Assembly: GCA_038890615.1 (NCBI GenBank)
Contig: JAWAFI010000001.1
Location: 336,843-400,842, forward strand
Direction: 5' to 3'
DNA length: 64,000 nucleotides
Origin: Candidatus Anstonellales archaeon
Lineage (GTDB): Archaea; Micrarchaeota; Micrarchaeia; Anstonellales; J096
Position numbers and translations under genes: made by a program. The notes beneath the pieces were generated by a model, which was given only the letters and a program-made list of their open reading frames with translations, ran no database searches and was not told the DNA's origin. Positions 1 through 10,058 of the stretch are shown here, in pieces (the first letter of the stretch is position 1; every line of letters begins with the position of its first letter).

Positions 1-892
1 GCTTTGCCTTTGTGCCTTGCATAATTATGCTATTTTTGACTATCGTGCCAAAGCCTATCTCTACCCCATCCATAAGGCATACAGCACCGTTGAGCATGCT
101 ATTTGGCCCAACAACGCAGCCCTTCCCTATATAAGCGTTTCCATATATGAAAGAACCCTCCACTATAGCCCCCTCTTCAACAACCACATTACCTTTAACC
201 TTTGTCCCACTCACCCTTCCCTTAACCTTTGTCTTCATGCCAGAAAGCTCAAGCTCGTTTGCCTTAAGCACATCCCATGGATAGCCCATATCAATCCATT
301 CACCTTTCATCATGTAAATGCGAGAGCCTTTTACTACATCAGTAATATAGACCTCCCCGTTATTTTGCTCCTTTGCTTTTTCCAGCAATTCAAAAACCCC
401 CGGGTCAAAAACATAGATTGAGGTGTTTACAAGCCCTTTCCCCTTTTCTTTCTCGTCTATTCTTGCAACCCTGCCTTCCTTGACTACTACCTTGCCATAC
501 CTTTCCCCAGCATCAGCCTCCTTTACAGATACCACCCAGCCTCCGCCTGATTTGACAACACCCTTTATGTCCCTTGCCTCGCAATAAGTATCCACTGCAA
601 TTGCCAAAAAGCTTCCATCAACCTCATTCCTTGCGCTCCACAAAGCCCCTCCGCTCCCGCACTTCTTCTGCACAATATGCTTCGCTCCCAGCCGCCTTGC
701 CTCCTTTTCAATCCCCCCCTCACCACTACCTACCACCACAATGTCTTCAATGCCAGCAGCCCTCATCTTCCTTACCAAATTGCCAAGCATTGTGCCCCCT
801 GCATAAGGGATCAGAGGCTTTGGCTGTGTTATTGGCCACATCCGCTTCCCCTTTCCTCCTGCAAGGATTATGCCTTTCGTCACCTTATACAT
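1..892 (-). CDS. glmU: Sugar-1-phosphate nucleotidylyltransferase/acetyltransferase (GlmU-like); runs off the window edge
   Basis: Not in the ORF track. Manual translation gives MYKVTKGIILAGGKGKRMWPITQPKPLIP (NTP-transferase motif), WIDMGYPWDVLKAN and hexapeptide repeats. The start overlaps the trpS stop. Confidence 0.85.
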   Translation of the reverse strand, partial: MYKVTKGIILAGGKGKRMWPITQPKPLIPYAGGTMLGNLVRKMRAAGIEDIVVVGSGEGGIEKEARRLGAKHIVQKKCGSGGALWSARNEVDGSFLAIAVDTYCEARDIKGVVKSGGGWVVSVKEADAGERYGKVVVKEGRVARIDEKEKGKGLVNTSIYVFDPGVFELLEKAKEQNNGEVYITDVVKGSRIYMMKGEWIDMGYPWDVLKANELELSGMKTKVKGRVSGTKVKGNVVVEEGAIVEGSFIYGNAYIGKGCVVGPNSMLNGAVCLMDGVEIGFGTIVKNSIIMQGTKAK

Positions 893-2018
893 ACTTCCTG
901 CCCCACATCTCCTTGGCAAGCTTTCCTGTCTTCATGTATTTCTCTACTTTCCCCCTGTCCATGTTCTTTCTGAGCTTGCCAAGCATAAGGTTTATCTTCT
1001 CAATCACAAAAGCCTTCATCTCGCCGCTGGTAATATCTCCTTTCCTGTAGCCCTCTTCTATTTCCTTTATTCGCCTGTCATCTTCCTCAAAAAAATAGTA
1101 TAGCCACTGGAAAGGGACATCAACCTCAACCCTGCCGCCAAGCTTCCTGTGCTCTTCAAGCGTATCCCTTCCTCCGGAAAAGGCATACTTGTTCACTTTC
1201 CTTTCAACGGTTTTCTCATCATCATCAACCCATATTCCGCTGTTGGCATCGGATGAGCTCATCTTACCATCAACTCCCTGCAATGGAGGCAGGAATTTGC
1301 TGTGTATTATGCTCGCTTTCTGGCCAAAGCTTTCTGCGATGTCGCGCTGTATCCTCCAGTAAGGGTCTTGGTCTATTCCGCAAGGTATAAGACACCTCTT
1401 CTGCTCAAAAAAAGTAGGCACTATCTGATATGCTGGGTAAAATATGATCCCTATATTGCTTTCCCCACTGAAGCCAAACACAGCCTTTGCGCTGCTGAAG
1501 TTGATTTTTTTTGCTATCCTCGCAAGCATAGGATAAACATTGCCTATGTACTCACTGTCCTTGAATATAAAGGTCTTGTCAGGGTCGAACCCAACCCCGC
1601 TTATAACCTCTATATTGTTGGCTGACATCTTATCCAGCTCATCCCACCTTTCAATATCCTTTACAAACAGCTTCTCATCATCGCTTATTGCTATGTAGAC
1701 ATTGACCCCAAACACCTTCTGGAGCCATGCGCTGAAGAAAAAAGGCGCGATATGCCCTATATGCATTCTTCCTGATGGGCCCCTTCCTGTATAAACAAAG
1801 AAGCTCTTTCCCCTTTCCAAACCCTCAACCACCTTATCAAGGTCCCTGTGCGAAAAGAAATACCTCCTTCTGAGCATCACATGGCTTTCGCCAGCCATGG
1901 CTTCCAGCTTATTGGCAAGCTCATCCCCTATAACCTGAGTCCCGAACTTCTGCACCAGCTTGCTGTAATCTACAGAGCCCTTTACTTCCCAGGGGGTTAC
2001 TTCAAAGTCCTTTGTCAT
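885..2018 (-). CDS. trpS: Tryptophanyl-tRNA synthetase (archaeal type)
   Basis: TGRGPSGRMHIGH, GIDQDPY and KMSSS motifs. Confidence 0.97.
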   Translation of the reverse strand: MTKDFEVTPWEVKGSVDYSKLVQKFGTQVIGDELANKLEAMAGESHVMLRRRYFFSHRDLDKVVEGLERGKSFFVYTGRGPSGRMHIGHIAPFFFSAWLQKVFGVNVYIAISDDEKLFVKDIERWDELDKMSANNIEVISGVGFDPDKTFIFKDSEYIGNVYPMLARIAKKINFSSAKAVFGFSGESNIGIIFYPAYQIVPTFFEQKRCLIPCGIDQDPYWRIQRDIAESFGQKASIIHSKFLPPLQGVDGKMSSSDANSGIWVDDDEKTVERKVNKYAFSGGRDTLEEHRKLGGRVEVDVPFQWLYYFFEEDDRRIKEIEEGYRKGDITSGEMKAFVIEKINLMLGKLRKNMDRGKVEKYMKTGKLAKEMWGRKYV

Positions 2019-2719
2019 AGATACTTCTGTATTTCTTCTTCAGACAGGAACTGGAAGACTTTTTTATCCTCCTTCCCTACAGTTATCTCTATGTCTGAAG
2101 AGCCTATTTTCTGCTCAACGCTTTTCTTTATGCCTGCAACAACAAGCCTAATTGCGCCATCTATGCTCATCTCTTTCTTATACTCTTTCTCAAGCATTGC
2201 CATCACTTCATCCTTTCCGCTGCCTATTGCATCAGCCATATACCCAGTTATCGCCCCGCTTGGCTCTATTTCATAAAGCTTGTTCTCCCCATCTAACCCT
2301 CCAACCAGAAGGGAGACCCCGAATGGCCTTGCCCCCCCATACTGCGTGTAGGCCTGCATTGTGTCACCTAAGCTTTTGCTCAATCCATAGACGCTTATTG
2401 GCTCGTTGTAAACCATTCTATGCTTGTTTGCCTCATTCCTAGCATAATCCACCAGCCTTCTTGCGTCTGCTATGAGCCCGCTTGCAGCAATGCAGATGTG
2501 GTCATCAACAACAAATACCTTATGCAGAGATGAAGGGACTGCCAAAGGGCTGGGGGATGTTTTGTGCGCGCCCATCACCAAACCCCCATCAACAACAACC
2601 CCTAGGGCAATTGAGCCCCTTTTCACTGCTTCTTTCGCATAAGAGACCTGAAAGAGCCTTCCGTCAGGGCTAAATACAGTGATAGCCCTGTCATATGCCT
2701 GAGGAGATATTCCGTACAT
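2015..2719 (-). CDS. psmA: Proteasome subunit alpha
   Basis: YDRAITVFSPDGRLFQVSYA signature; RPFGVSLL. Confidence 0.97.
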   Translation of the reverse strand: MYGISPQAYDRAITVFSPDGRLFQVSYAKEAVKRGSIALGVVVDGGLVMGAHKTSPSPLAVPSSLHKVFVVDDHICIAASGLIADARRLVDYARNEANKHRMVYNEPISVYGLSKSLGDTMQAYTQYGGARPFGVSLLVGGLDGENKLYEIEPSGAITGYMADAIGSGKDEVMAMLEKEYKKEMSIDGAIRLVVAGIKKSVEQKIGSSDIEITVGKEDKKVFQFLSEEEIQKYL

Positions 2720-2824
2720 GCCTAAAACAAAGGCACCCTATTTTAAAATCTTTTGCAGGGGTCATAAAAGCCAATGCATTCACCAAAACCGAAAGCTTAT
2801 AAATTAACAATACAACAGTATTGC

Positions 2825-3259
2825 ATGAATAAGGGTGTTGAAGCAGCAATAGAGTTTGAGTTTTATTTCAACCGCTCCTTGCCTTTCATAGGTGTGCTCC
2901 TATTGGTAAGCGCAACCACAGGGCTTATGAGGATATTCAACAGCCCTTTCCCTGATTTTGCACTCTTGCTGCTCTATACGACAATAACAATGCTGCAGGC
3001 AGCCACGATGCTCAGGAAATACGACCCCTTCACCACTTCCGAGATTGTTAGCTTCACATTGCTCTATACGCACCCAATCAATTCATTAATCGGCATATGC
3101 GTCGGCATATTTACTTCAAACTACATTGCATCTGGGCTATCTTTCATATGGCTCTTCATAGGTTTCCCAGCTCTCCAGCATTTTTCTGCAGCGCTTACAA
3201 TGATGCTCTATTCCCCCAAGAAGAAAGTCAGCCCCATGCTTCAATCCTTAATTCCTTAA
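2825..3259 (+). CDS. Hypothetical multi-pass membrane protein
   Basis: Several hydrophobic segments; ATG 2825 follows a TATA-like TTATAAA (track start 2774). Confidence 0.6.
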   Translation: MNKGVEAAIEFEFYFNRSLPFIGVLLLVSATTGLMRIFNSPFPDFALLLLYTTITMLQAATMLRKYDPFTTSEIVSFTLLYTHPINSLIGICVGIFTSNYIASGLSFIWLFIGFPALQHFSAALTMMLYSPKKKVSPMLQSLIP

Positions 3260-3857
3260 CTCCCTCTGACTCTGCGATCTCTTTCATAGATTTTGCAAAG
3301 CCAACAGGGCCGCATATATAAGCAATATCCCAAGAATCCTTATGCTTTGCTACAAGAGCTGCATTTATCCTCCCTTTCTCATACTCCCATCCTTCTGGGG
3401 CGCTCCCAGTCACCGTAAGCACTACCCTGCTCCTTTTCAGCCCAAGAAGCTCTTCCTTAAAAGGGAAGTACCCCTCTCTGCATGAGTAGAATATAGTGCC
3501 TTTCCCAACCCCCCTTAGCTCCATGTCCTTTACAATTCCCCTGATAGGGGCTATCCCGCTGCCTGCTGCGAAGAAGGCCTGCCTTGACCCTCCGTAAACA
3601 AAATCCCCAAACGGCCCTTCGATACCTACAATATCCCCTGCCTTTATGCTTCTAAGGGCATTGCTCATCTCCCCAAGGCCAAGCTTAACCAGAAACAAGA
3701 TGCTTTCTTCAAGAGGGGAAGAGGCAGCTGAGTAAGGCCTCTTTATGCCTTTGTATTCAACAACAAAATACTGGCCTGCTCGGTATTCACAGACCTTTTC
3801 CACTTTCAAGTAAAGATAGCCGCTCTCAAAAAGAACTTCCAATGCTTTTGCTTGCAT
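3228..3857 (-). CDS. FAD/NAD(P)H oxidoreductase, ferredoxin/flavodoxin reductase family
   Basis: RPYSAAS, EGPFG, AAGSGIAP and YICGP motifs. Confidence 0.9.
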   Translation of the reverse strand: MQAKALEVLFESGYLYLKVEKVCEYRAGQYFVVEYKGIKRPYSAASSPLEESILFLVKLGLGEMSNALRSIKAGDIVGIEGPFGDFVYGGSRQAFFAAGSGIAPIRGIVKDMELRGVGKGTIFYSCREGYFPFKEELLGLKRSRVVLTVTGSAPEGWEYEKGRINAALVAKHKDSWDIAYICGPVGFAKSMKEIAESEGVKELRIEAWG

Positions 3858-3898
3858 GTTTTACCTTCCCACCCCTTATTTAAGCGTTGTTGTCCTTG

Positions 3899-5170
3899 CT
3901 AGCCAAAGTTCTTGACCATCTTTTCCAGCTCACCCCTTAGCTTCCTGTCCTTCTTTACCTTATCAAAGAGCTTCTTCATTTTCTCAAACTCTTTTATGAA
4001 TGAAGCAACATCCTTTTCCCCAACTCCTGCGCCCTTGGCAATCCTTGCCATCCTTGACTTGCTTTTTTTGACTATCTCAACATCCTTCCTCTCCTCTTTT
4101 GTCATTGATTCGATGATTGCGATAATCTTCTTCATTTTCTCTGCTGCCTCATCCTTCTTCGCTTTCATCCCAACCATTGAGAAAAGCTGGTCTAGAGGGC
4201 CTGCCTTCCTTGCCTGCTTTATCTGCTGGAGAAGCACATCTGCTGTTATCTCCTCAGGGATTTCTTGGGCTTCTATTCCTGCTTCCTTGAATTTCTCCAT
4301 TATTGCCTTTATGTCCGGCATGCCTAGGAGCCGCGCTATGTAGCTTTTTGGGTCATATTCCTCAAAATCGCCTACTTTCTCCCCTGTTCCTATGAATGCT
4401 ACCTTTGCGCCTGCTGCTGATGCGCTGCTAAGCGCAGCCCCCCCTTTTCCGCTCCCATCAACTCTTGTGACGATAAGCGCGCTAAGCGGAACTGCCTCCC
4501 TAAACGCAATTGCCTGTGCCTTTGCCTCCTGCCCCATGTCAGCAGAAACAACAAGAAAAACCTCATCTGGCTTTGCAAGCTCATAAGTCCTCTGCAGGTC
4601 TTTTTTCAGCCTTTCGTCCATCCCATCCCTGCCTGCACTGTCCACAATCACAACATCCTCCTTTATTCCTGAAATCACTGAAGGCAATTCCTCAATGCCC
4701 TCCTTTATGCCATAATACCTTACCCCATTTTCCTCAGCAAGCTGCCTCAGCTGATCGAGCGCAGCAGGCCTTGATAAGTCTGCACCCAATACAGCTGCAC
4801 TAAGCCCTTTTTTCATCAAGTACTTAGCCAGCTTTACTGCAGTGGTTGTTTTGCCAACCCCATAAATGCCTGCAACCATTATCCTGCCCTTCTTAAGAGG
4901 CATTGTGTAGCCTTCCCCCATTACCTGCACTAGCTTGTCATAAACCACCCTAAGCACATGCTCCCTCAGCGTGAGCCCTTTTTTCAGCTCTTGCGCTAGC
5001 GCCTCCTTCTCTATCTCCTTTCCAAGCTTGAGAACTATCTCAACATCAACATCAGAAGAAATGAGAATCCTTTCAATATCCCTTATTAGCGCTTTAACTG
5101 ACTTTTCATCTACAGCGTGCCTCCTTGCAAAGGAGTCAAGGGCATCCCTTATCTTTTCACCTATGCCCAT
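3899..5170 (-). CDS. srp54: Signal recognition particle 54 kDa protein
   Basis: GVGKTTT, DSAGR, DGSGKGG, GTGEK; M-domain SMTKEER...RIAKGAG. Confidence 0.95.
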   Translation of the reverse strand: MGIGEKIRDALDSFARRHAVDEKSVKALIRDIERILISSDVDVEIVLKLGKEIEKEALAQELKKGLTLREHVLRVVYDKLVQVMGEGYTMPLKKGRIMVAGIYGVGKTTTAVKLAKYLMKKGLSAAVLGADLSRPAALDQLRQLAEENGVRYYGIKEGIEELPSVISGIKEDVVIVDSAGRDGMDERLKKDLQRTYELAKPDEVFLVVSADMGQEAKAQAIAFREAVPLSALIVTRVDGSGKGGAALSSASAAGAKVAFIGTGEKVGDFEEYDPKSYIARLLGMPDIKAIMEKFKEAGIEAQEIPEEITADVLLQQIKQARKAGPLDQLFSMVGMKAKKDEAAEKMKKIIAIIESMTKEERKDVEIVKKSKSRMARIAKGAGVGEKDVASFIKEFEKMKKLFDKVKKDRKLRGELEKMVKNFG

Positions 5171-5174
5171 AGAA

Positions 5175-5711
5175 TCAGTTTTCTTCCTTTTCTATAACAA
5201 CTACATCCTCTAGGCTTACTAGCTCTGTGTCTTCTATTCTCTTCCTCCTTACTAGGTCCTTCTTCATCTCCTTTCTCTTCTTTTGGAGGTCAGCTATATT
5301 TTCCCTTATCTCCTTTAGCTGCTTCTCTATCTCTTCTGCCTGTGCGCCTAGATCCTGCAAGTCCTTTTCTATAAACCTCTTTTTCTTCCTTGCCTTTTCT
5401 ATAGGCTCTATCTTTTTAAGCTCCTTTTCAAGGGATTTTATCATCTTCACTATTTCTCTTTCCCTCTTCAAAGTATAGCCCTGCGTAGAAAGCTTGAACT
5501 CAAGCCTAGAAATGGTCTTCCTTATTGGAAGCGTGTTAACCTCTGATGTTTCCTTCAGGAATGGCTCCAATGCCTTAAGCTCATACTTCTTATAGAGAAC
5601 TCTCCTGTTTACCTCCTTTATCTTCTCTATAAGTTCTTTCTTCCTTTCCTCTAATTTTGCTATCTCTCCTTCTAGCTTGCCTATATCATCTATAATCTTT
5701 GGCTCGTCCAT
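5175..5711 (-). CDS. Archaeal coiled-coil protein (COG1340-like)
   Basis: Heptad-rich K/E protein with LEFKLSTQGYTLKRERE motif. Confidence 0.65.
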   Translation of the reverse strand: MDEPKIIDDIGKLEGEIAKLEERKKELIEKIKEVNRRVLYKKYELKALEPFLKETSEVNTLPIRKTISRLEFKLSTQGYTLKREREIVKMIKSLEKELKKIEPIEKARKKKRFIEKDLQDLGAQAEEIEKQLKEIRENIADLQKKRKEMKKDLVRRKRIEDTELVSLEDVVVIEKEEN

Positions 5712-5762
5712 GCATTCTCCTCAAAACATAACATTATTAAGGTTTAAAAAACTTCCTAACCT

Positions 5763-6386
5763 ATGCGCTTGGTTTTAGTTGAGCCAGAATACGACATGAA
5801 TGTTGGCGCAGTTTGCCGGGTTATGAAAAACTTTGGCTTCAGTGAGCTTTATCTCGTGCGCCCTGCCTGCCCAATGGGCTTCAACGCAAGAATGTTTGCC
5901 AAGCACGCCACAGACATTCTTGAAAGAGCGCGCATAGTTGGCACTATTGATGAGGCCCTTGAGGGCTTTGTCATAGCCACATCTGGAATAAGGCGCCGCA
6001 ACTCCATCCTTTTGAAGGATTTTGCCCCTCCAAAATCGCCTTACACTCTTATCTTTGGGAGGGAAGGCGAAGGGCTGCATTCAGACGAGCTTGCAAAGGC
6101 AGACGCCCTTGTCCACATAGAAACCTCCCCTGCTTACCCTTCCTTGAATGTTGTAAATGCAGTTGCCATAACCCTATTCCATATATCCTCTTTTCCACCA
6201 GCTCCAAAACATCAGCTATATGAAAAGAAGCTTTCAGCCCTTGTCTCCTTGGCAGAAGAATTAGGAGGAAAGGAGCTCTCAAAAGCAATGCGCTCAATCA
6301 TTGTGCGCTCATCGCCAACTGAGAAGGAGCTCAATGCGATGCTTCGTTTCTTCTCTTCATCAAAGCACAAGAGGCTTACTCAATAA
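5763..6386 (+). CDS. trmJ: SPOUT RNA 2'-O-methyltransferase, TrmJ/LasT family
   Basis: VLVEP...NVGAVCRVMKNFG, FGREGEGL and YPSLNV motifs. Confidence 0.9.
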   Translation: MRLVLVEPEYDMNVGAVCRVMKNFGFSELYLVRPACPMGFNARMFAKHATDILERARIVGTIDEALEGFVIATSGIRRRNSILLKDFAPPKSPYTLIFGREGEGLHSDELAKADALVHIETSPAYPSLNVVNAVAITLFHISSFPPAPKHQLYEKKLSALVSLAEELGGKELSKAMRSIIVRSSPTEKELNAMLRFFSSSKHKRLTQ

Positions 6387-7027
6387 ACTCCTAATCCATA
6401 GTAGTATCTTAACTGATTGCTTATGAATTCATCGTCCCAATATTTTGAATTATGTGCTGGCCCTCTATGCTCAAACAATGCGCGAAGGGATTTCATAACA
6501 CGATGTACGCTTTCCATGCTCATGACTTCAATGGAATAATTCATAATAGCAATCCAACCATTCTTTTGGCTCTTGTTTGCTTCCAAAGGCGGGTGCTTGA
6601 TTTCGCCTCCTATTTTGCCTCCTTCAAAAAGAGGCGGATATATCCTTGTATATTCTGTACTGCCATGTGCAAATGCGCTTACAATGATTGCGAATGCACC
6701 ATACCTCCATGCCTCGTTTGCCACTTCCAGCCCTGATTCGTCTTTTTCCATCTTAAGGTCAGTAATTACTAGGTGATAGCATCCTTTCCTTATCTTCTCC
6801 ATTGCTTCCTTACCGCTTTTTGCATATTCTACCTCAAAGGGCAATTCTCCAAAGAACTCTTTTGCAGCCTTTCTGTTTTTCTCTTTGTCGTCAACTACAA
6901 GCATCTTGCTTATCCTTTCTTTTTTAAGCCAAGAAACAATTGCCTTTGTTTCTTCGTCTAGCATAGGTTCTGCTAAAAGTTTTTTTCTTTCCTTATTGGA
7001 TCCATACTCTTTTTTCTTTTGCCTCAT
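6380..7027 (-). CDS. Orphan receiver (CheY-like) domain protein with basic N-terminal extension
   Basis: LVVDD...SGKEA...LVITDLKM...SGLEV receiver pattern. Confidence 0.7.
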   Translation of the reverse strand: MRQKKKEYGSNKERKKLLAEPMLDEETKAIVSWLKKERISKMLVVDDKEKNRKAAKEFFGELPFEVEYAKSGKEAMEKIRKGCYHLVITDLKMEKDESGLEVANEAWRYGAFAIIVSAFAHGSTEYTRIYPPLFEGGKIGGEIKHPPLEANKSQKNGWIAIMNYSIEVMSMESVHRVMKSLRALFEHRGPAHNSKYWDDEFISNQLRYYYGLGVY

Positions 7028-7078
7028 AAACTACATATCCCCTCAACTTTTTTAATTGTTGCCCTCTTTTAACCTCTA

Positions 7079-7193
7079 GCCAAGGTAGCTCAGCCTGCGA
7101 AGAGCGCCAGACTCATAAGAATGAGTGTTGAGCATCCTGCTATGAAAGAACTGGGCAATCTGGAGGTCGGGGGTTCAAATCCCCCCCTTGGCA
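7079..7193 (+). tRNA. tRNA-Met(CAT) with 40-nt intron (7118-7157) at position 37/38
   Basis: Acceptor GCCAAGG/CCTTGGC; anticodon arm CCAGA-CTCATA[intron]A-TCTGG; GGTTCAAATCC T-arm; bulge-helix-bulge geometry (CTCA/TGGG helix, TAA and CAA bulges). Confidence 0.92.
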
Positions 7194-7775
7194 TCAGAAC
7201 AGCCTTTTCTGCATGACCCTCTCAAGCGTTTTCCACTTCTTCCTCACATAGGGCTTAAGGACTTCAAAATTGCCCTGAAGGGCTGCAATTGTTTTTTTGT
7301 CAGAGGGATAGCCGCTTCCAAAATCCACTGTTTTTCTCCTTATCTCTTCAATCTCCCTATCCCTAATTACCTTTGCAATTACAGAAGCAGCAGAAACTAT
7401 CTTGTACTTTTCGTCTGCCTTGAATGAAAGCACTATATCCCTGTCCTTTGGAAGCATGGCCCTGAACCCTTTCCTGTTTACAGAAGGCAAATCAGCATAA
7501 ATCTTTTCAGCCCTGCTTTTCCTTATCAGCTCAGCCATTGCCTTTGCCTCAAGCACATTTATGTTTTCCTTGTCTATCTCTTCAGGCATTATCTTTTTTA
7601 CAGCATAGTCGCTAGGGAGCACCTTCTTAAAGAATTCTTCCCTCTCTTCAGGGCTCATCTGCTTCGAGTCCCTGACATCCAACCTTTCCAATATCGCTTC
7701 GTTCCAAAAAATAGCAACAACAAGAGGCCCTATTACAGAACCCCTCCCTGCCTCATCCAGACCTGCCCTTGCCAT
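7194..7775 (-). CDS. rnhB: Ribonuclease HII
   Basis: GLDEAGRG, DSK, SAASVIAKV and GSGYPSD motifs. Confidence 0.96.
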   Translation of the reverse strand: MARAGLDEAGRGSVIGPLVVAIFWNEAILERLDVRDSKQMSPEEREEFFKKVLPSDYAVKKIMPEEIDKENINVLEAKAMAELIRKSRAEKIYADLPSVNRKGFRAMLPKDRDIVLSFKADEKYKIVSAASVIAKVIRDREIEEIRRKTVDFGSGYPSDKKTIAALQGNFEVLKPYVRKKWKTLERVMQKRLF

Positions 7776-7781
7776 AGGGGG

Positions 7782-8048
7782 TCAAACTTCAGAGGTTATA
7801 TTCTTCCTGTCAACGAGCACATAGTCCCCGACAGCAAGAACGCATTCATATGGGGCACACACAAGCCCATCTTCTTTCTTCATCTTTGAGGCAAGCTCGC
7901 TGTCTGGGTTTGGGTCAACAACAAGAGCCTCTATGCTCCCTGTCACTTCATTTATATTTATATCCACTACCTTTCCGAAATCTTCACCTTCATTGGTCAC
8001 AACCTTCTTTCCAGACAACTGCCTTGCAATAGCGTACTTTCCAGCCAT
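7782..8048 (-). CDS. PRC-barrel domain protein
   Basis: LSGKKVVTNEGEDFGKVVDI...AVGDYVLV pattern. Confidence 0.85.
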   Translation of the reverse strand: MAGKYAIARQLSGKKVVTNEGEDFGKVVDININEVTGSIEALVVDPNPDSELASKMKKEDGLVCAPYECVLAVGDYVLVDRKNITSEV

Positions 8049-8109
8049 ATGATCACCGCTGCTTTTTCTACTTCTCCTTATTCATTTTTAAATCTTTGCT
8101 ATTCCTTCC

Positions 8110-9270
8110 TCACTCAACGACTGCATAAGCTGAGAGCCTCCACATATGGCCTATCTTCCTGCTTATGGCAACCTTATTGCCCTTCTCAACCCATACAGGG
8201 TACTTAAGCCTTATCTCTGCGGAGTGCTTCTTTATCTTGTCAACAAACCCTATCGTTGTGGCTGTGTTTACAGAAACCACAACCTGCTCTGAAGGCGTAA
8301 GCCCCTTGTTTTCAAAGTCCTTCCTATCAAGCATATGCACCTTGACTTTTAGCAGGTCCACAGGGTCTTCTATCTCGCCATCCCTTCCTATCACAATCCC
8401 AACCATCTTGTCTTTCTTTGTGATTGCCGGGTCCAATTCAGTGCCCACAGCTATCAGCCCTCCAGGGGTTGCTTCCTCAAGCCTCTCGTTTTCCTCTGCA
8501 AGCGAGGTTATCCTAAACCTCTTTACTATATGGCCGCTGCTCTTTACAATATCCCCTTTTCTAAGCACCCCCCTTGCCAGGCTCCCTCCTATTACCCCTC
8601 CTACAAGCTTTTCAGGAGGGGTGCCTGGCTTGTTCACATCAAATGACCTAACAATAAACATCTTTGGGGGGGCATTAATATCCCTCTTTGGCGTCTTTAT
8701 GTTGCTCTCTATCGCCTCAACCAGCTTGTCAATGTTTATCTTGTGTATAGCAGCTACTGGGACTATTGGGGCATCAACACCATTTTCTGACAGGAAATTC
8801 TTTATCTCTCTATAGCTTTCATATGCCCTCTCCTTGCTAACTAAGTCAAGCTTTGTCTGCACAACCACTACATTCCTTATTCCCATGACTTTTAGTATGA
8901 GCATATGCTCGATTGTCTGCGGCTGAGGGCATTTTTCGTTTGCTGATATTAAGAAAAGCACCCCATCCATAAGCGCTGAGCCTGAAATAGCAGTAGTCAT
9001 AAGCGCTTCATGCCCAGGCGAATCCAACAAAGATATCCTTCTTTTTGGCTCAAGCTTCTTTTTGCACTTAGGGCATTTTGGCTTTACCGACCACGCATTG
9101 CACGCTTCGCAGTAATGTGATTCAAACGTTGCATACCCAAGCTTTATGCTGATGCCTCTTTTCATCTCTTCGCTGTGTGTATCTGTCCATTTGCCTGTCA
9201 GGGCTTCAACAAGGGTGGTTTTTCCATGGTCGACATGCCCAAGAATACCTACATTTATTTCAGATTGCAA
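8110..9270 (-). CDS. eif2g: Translation initiation factor aIF2 gamma
   Basis: GHVDHGKTT, RGISIKLGY, zinc-knuckle cysteines, DSPGHE; TTG start abuts the rps6e stop. Confidence 0.96.
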   Translation of the reverse strand: MQSEINVGILGHVDHGKTTLVEALTGKWTDTHSEEMKRGISIKLGYATFESHYCEACNAWSVKPKCPKCKKKLEPKRRISLLDSPGHEALMTTAISGSALMDGVLFLISANEKCPQPQTIEHMLILKVMGIRNVVVVQTKLDLVSKERAYESYREIKNFLSENGVDAPIVPVAAIHKINIDKLVEAIESNIKTPKRDINAPPKMFIVRSFDVNKPGTPPEKLVGGVIGGSLARGVLRKGDIVKSSGHIVKRFRITSLAEENERLEEATPGGLIAVGTELDPAITKKDKMVGIVIGRDGEIEDPVDLLKVKVHMLDRKDFENKGLTPSEQVVVSVNTATTIGFVDKIKKHSAEIRLKYPVWVEKGNKVAISRKIGHMWRLSAYAVVE

Positions 9271-9669
9271 CTAATCTCCCTCTTTCCCCCCTTCCTTCTT
9301 TTCCTGCTTGGGCATCAACTCGTCAAGCTTCTGGATTCCTTCTTGCTTGACAATGCAGTTTAGTTGGCTTATGTCTTCTCCAACAATGTTCCCCCTTATC
9401 CTTTTTCTCTTCCTTTCCCCTTTTTTCCCTCTGAAACCAACCCCAGGGGAAAGGAAAGCGCTTGAAGAGCCAGCACCCTTCACATCTGCCCTCATAGGGG
9501 CCCCTGTGCTGTCGCTCCCTCCTGTTATTACTAGTATATACCCTGGAAGCCCAACCATTCCGCCATCTATCTCATCCCCTATTTTTTTGCCTCGGAGCGC
9601 CATGACCTCGCTTTCGCTTAGCTCTTTTGAATATGCCTTCCCTTGCTTTGTGCCAACTACTATCTTCAT
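9271..9669 (-). CDS. rps6e: 30S ribosomal protein S6e
   Basis: ITGGSDSTGAPMR; GERKRKRIRGN; upstream of eif2g. Confidence 0.95.
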   Translation of the reverse strand: MKIVVGTKQGKAYSKELSESEVMALRGKKIGDEIDGGMVGLPGYILVITGGSDSTGAPMRADVKGAGSSSAFLSPGVGFRGKKGERKRKRIRGNIVGEDISQLNCIVKQEGIQKLDELMPKQEKKEGGKEGD

Positions 9670-9735
9670 TATATCTACCGAATAAAAATAAAAAAGAAGA
9701 GTTTAAAAAACTGATGGCAAAGATGCAACGTTTTA

Positions 9736-9960
9736 TTATGCGTTCTTCATCTTCACTCTGTATACATGGCCGTCTGTCTTGACGAAGTAAAGCCAGCCAG
9801 CCTCTTTCTTCATATATTCAGAGCCGACTTTGAGCTTCCTTCCTCCTTTGTTGTGCTTCATGGGCACTCTCCATACATACCCATCATTGGCCAGGTAATA
9901 CAGATATCCTTTCTCTACTTGCACAGGCTTTGTAGAAACCCTTTCATGCTTTCCCATCAT
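9736..9960 (-). CDS. Small basic protein with two Cc1-like chromatin-protein repeats
   Basis: Internal repeat KGYLYYLANDGYVWRVPMK / AGWLYFVKTDGHVYRVKMK; GGTGAT RBS directly before ATG 9960/9957. Confidence 0.65.
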   Translation of the reverse strand: MMGKHERVSTKPVQVEKGYLYYLANDGYVWRVPMKHNKGGRKLKVGSEYMKKEAGWLYFVKTDGHVYRVKMKNA

Positions 9961-10058
9961 ATCACCGAGAGTTATAAGAGAGAAAAGGTTTAAAAGCCTT
10001 TCTCTCGGCACCTATCTCGAAGATCATGACACATTTATTCTTCCTTGACACATTAACT

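Noticed and set aside
7118..7157. C/D-box guide RNA in the tRNA-Met intron (ATGAG, TTGA, ATGAA, CTGG)
   Set aside because: The boxes are degenerate and 40 nt leaves no room for normal guide segments.
10027..10054. TGACACATT repeated twice upstream of the Cc1-like gene
   Set aside because: Only two 9-bp copies; cannot be distinguished from chance without comparative data.
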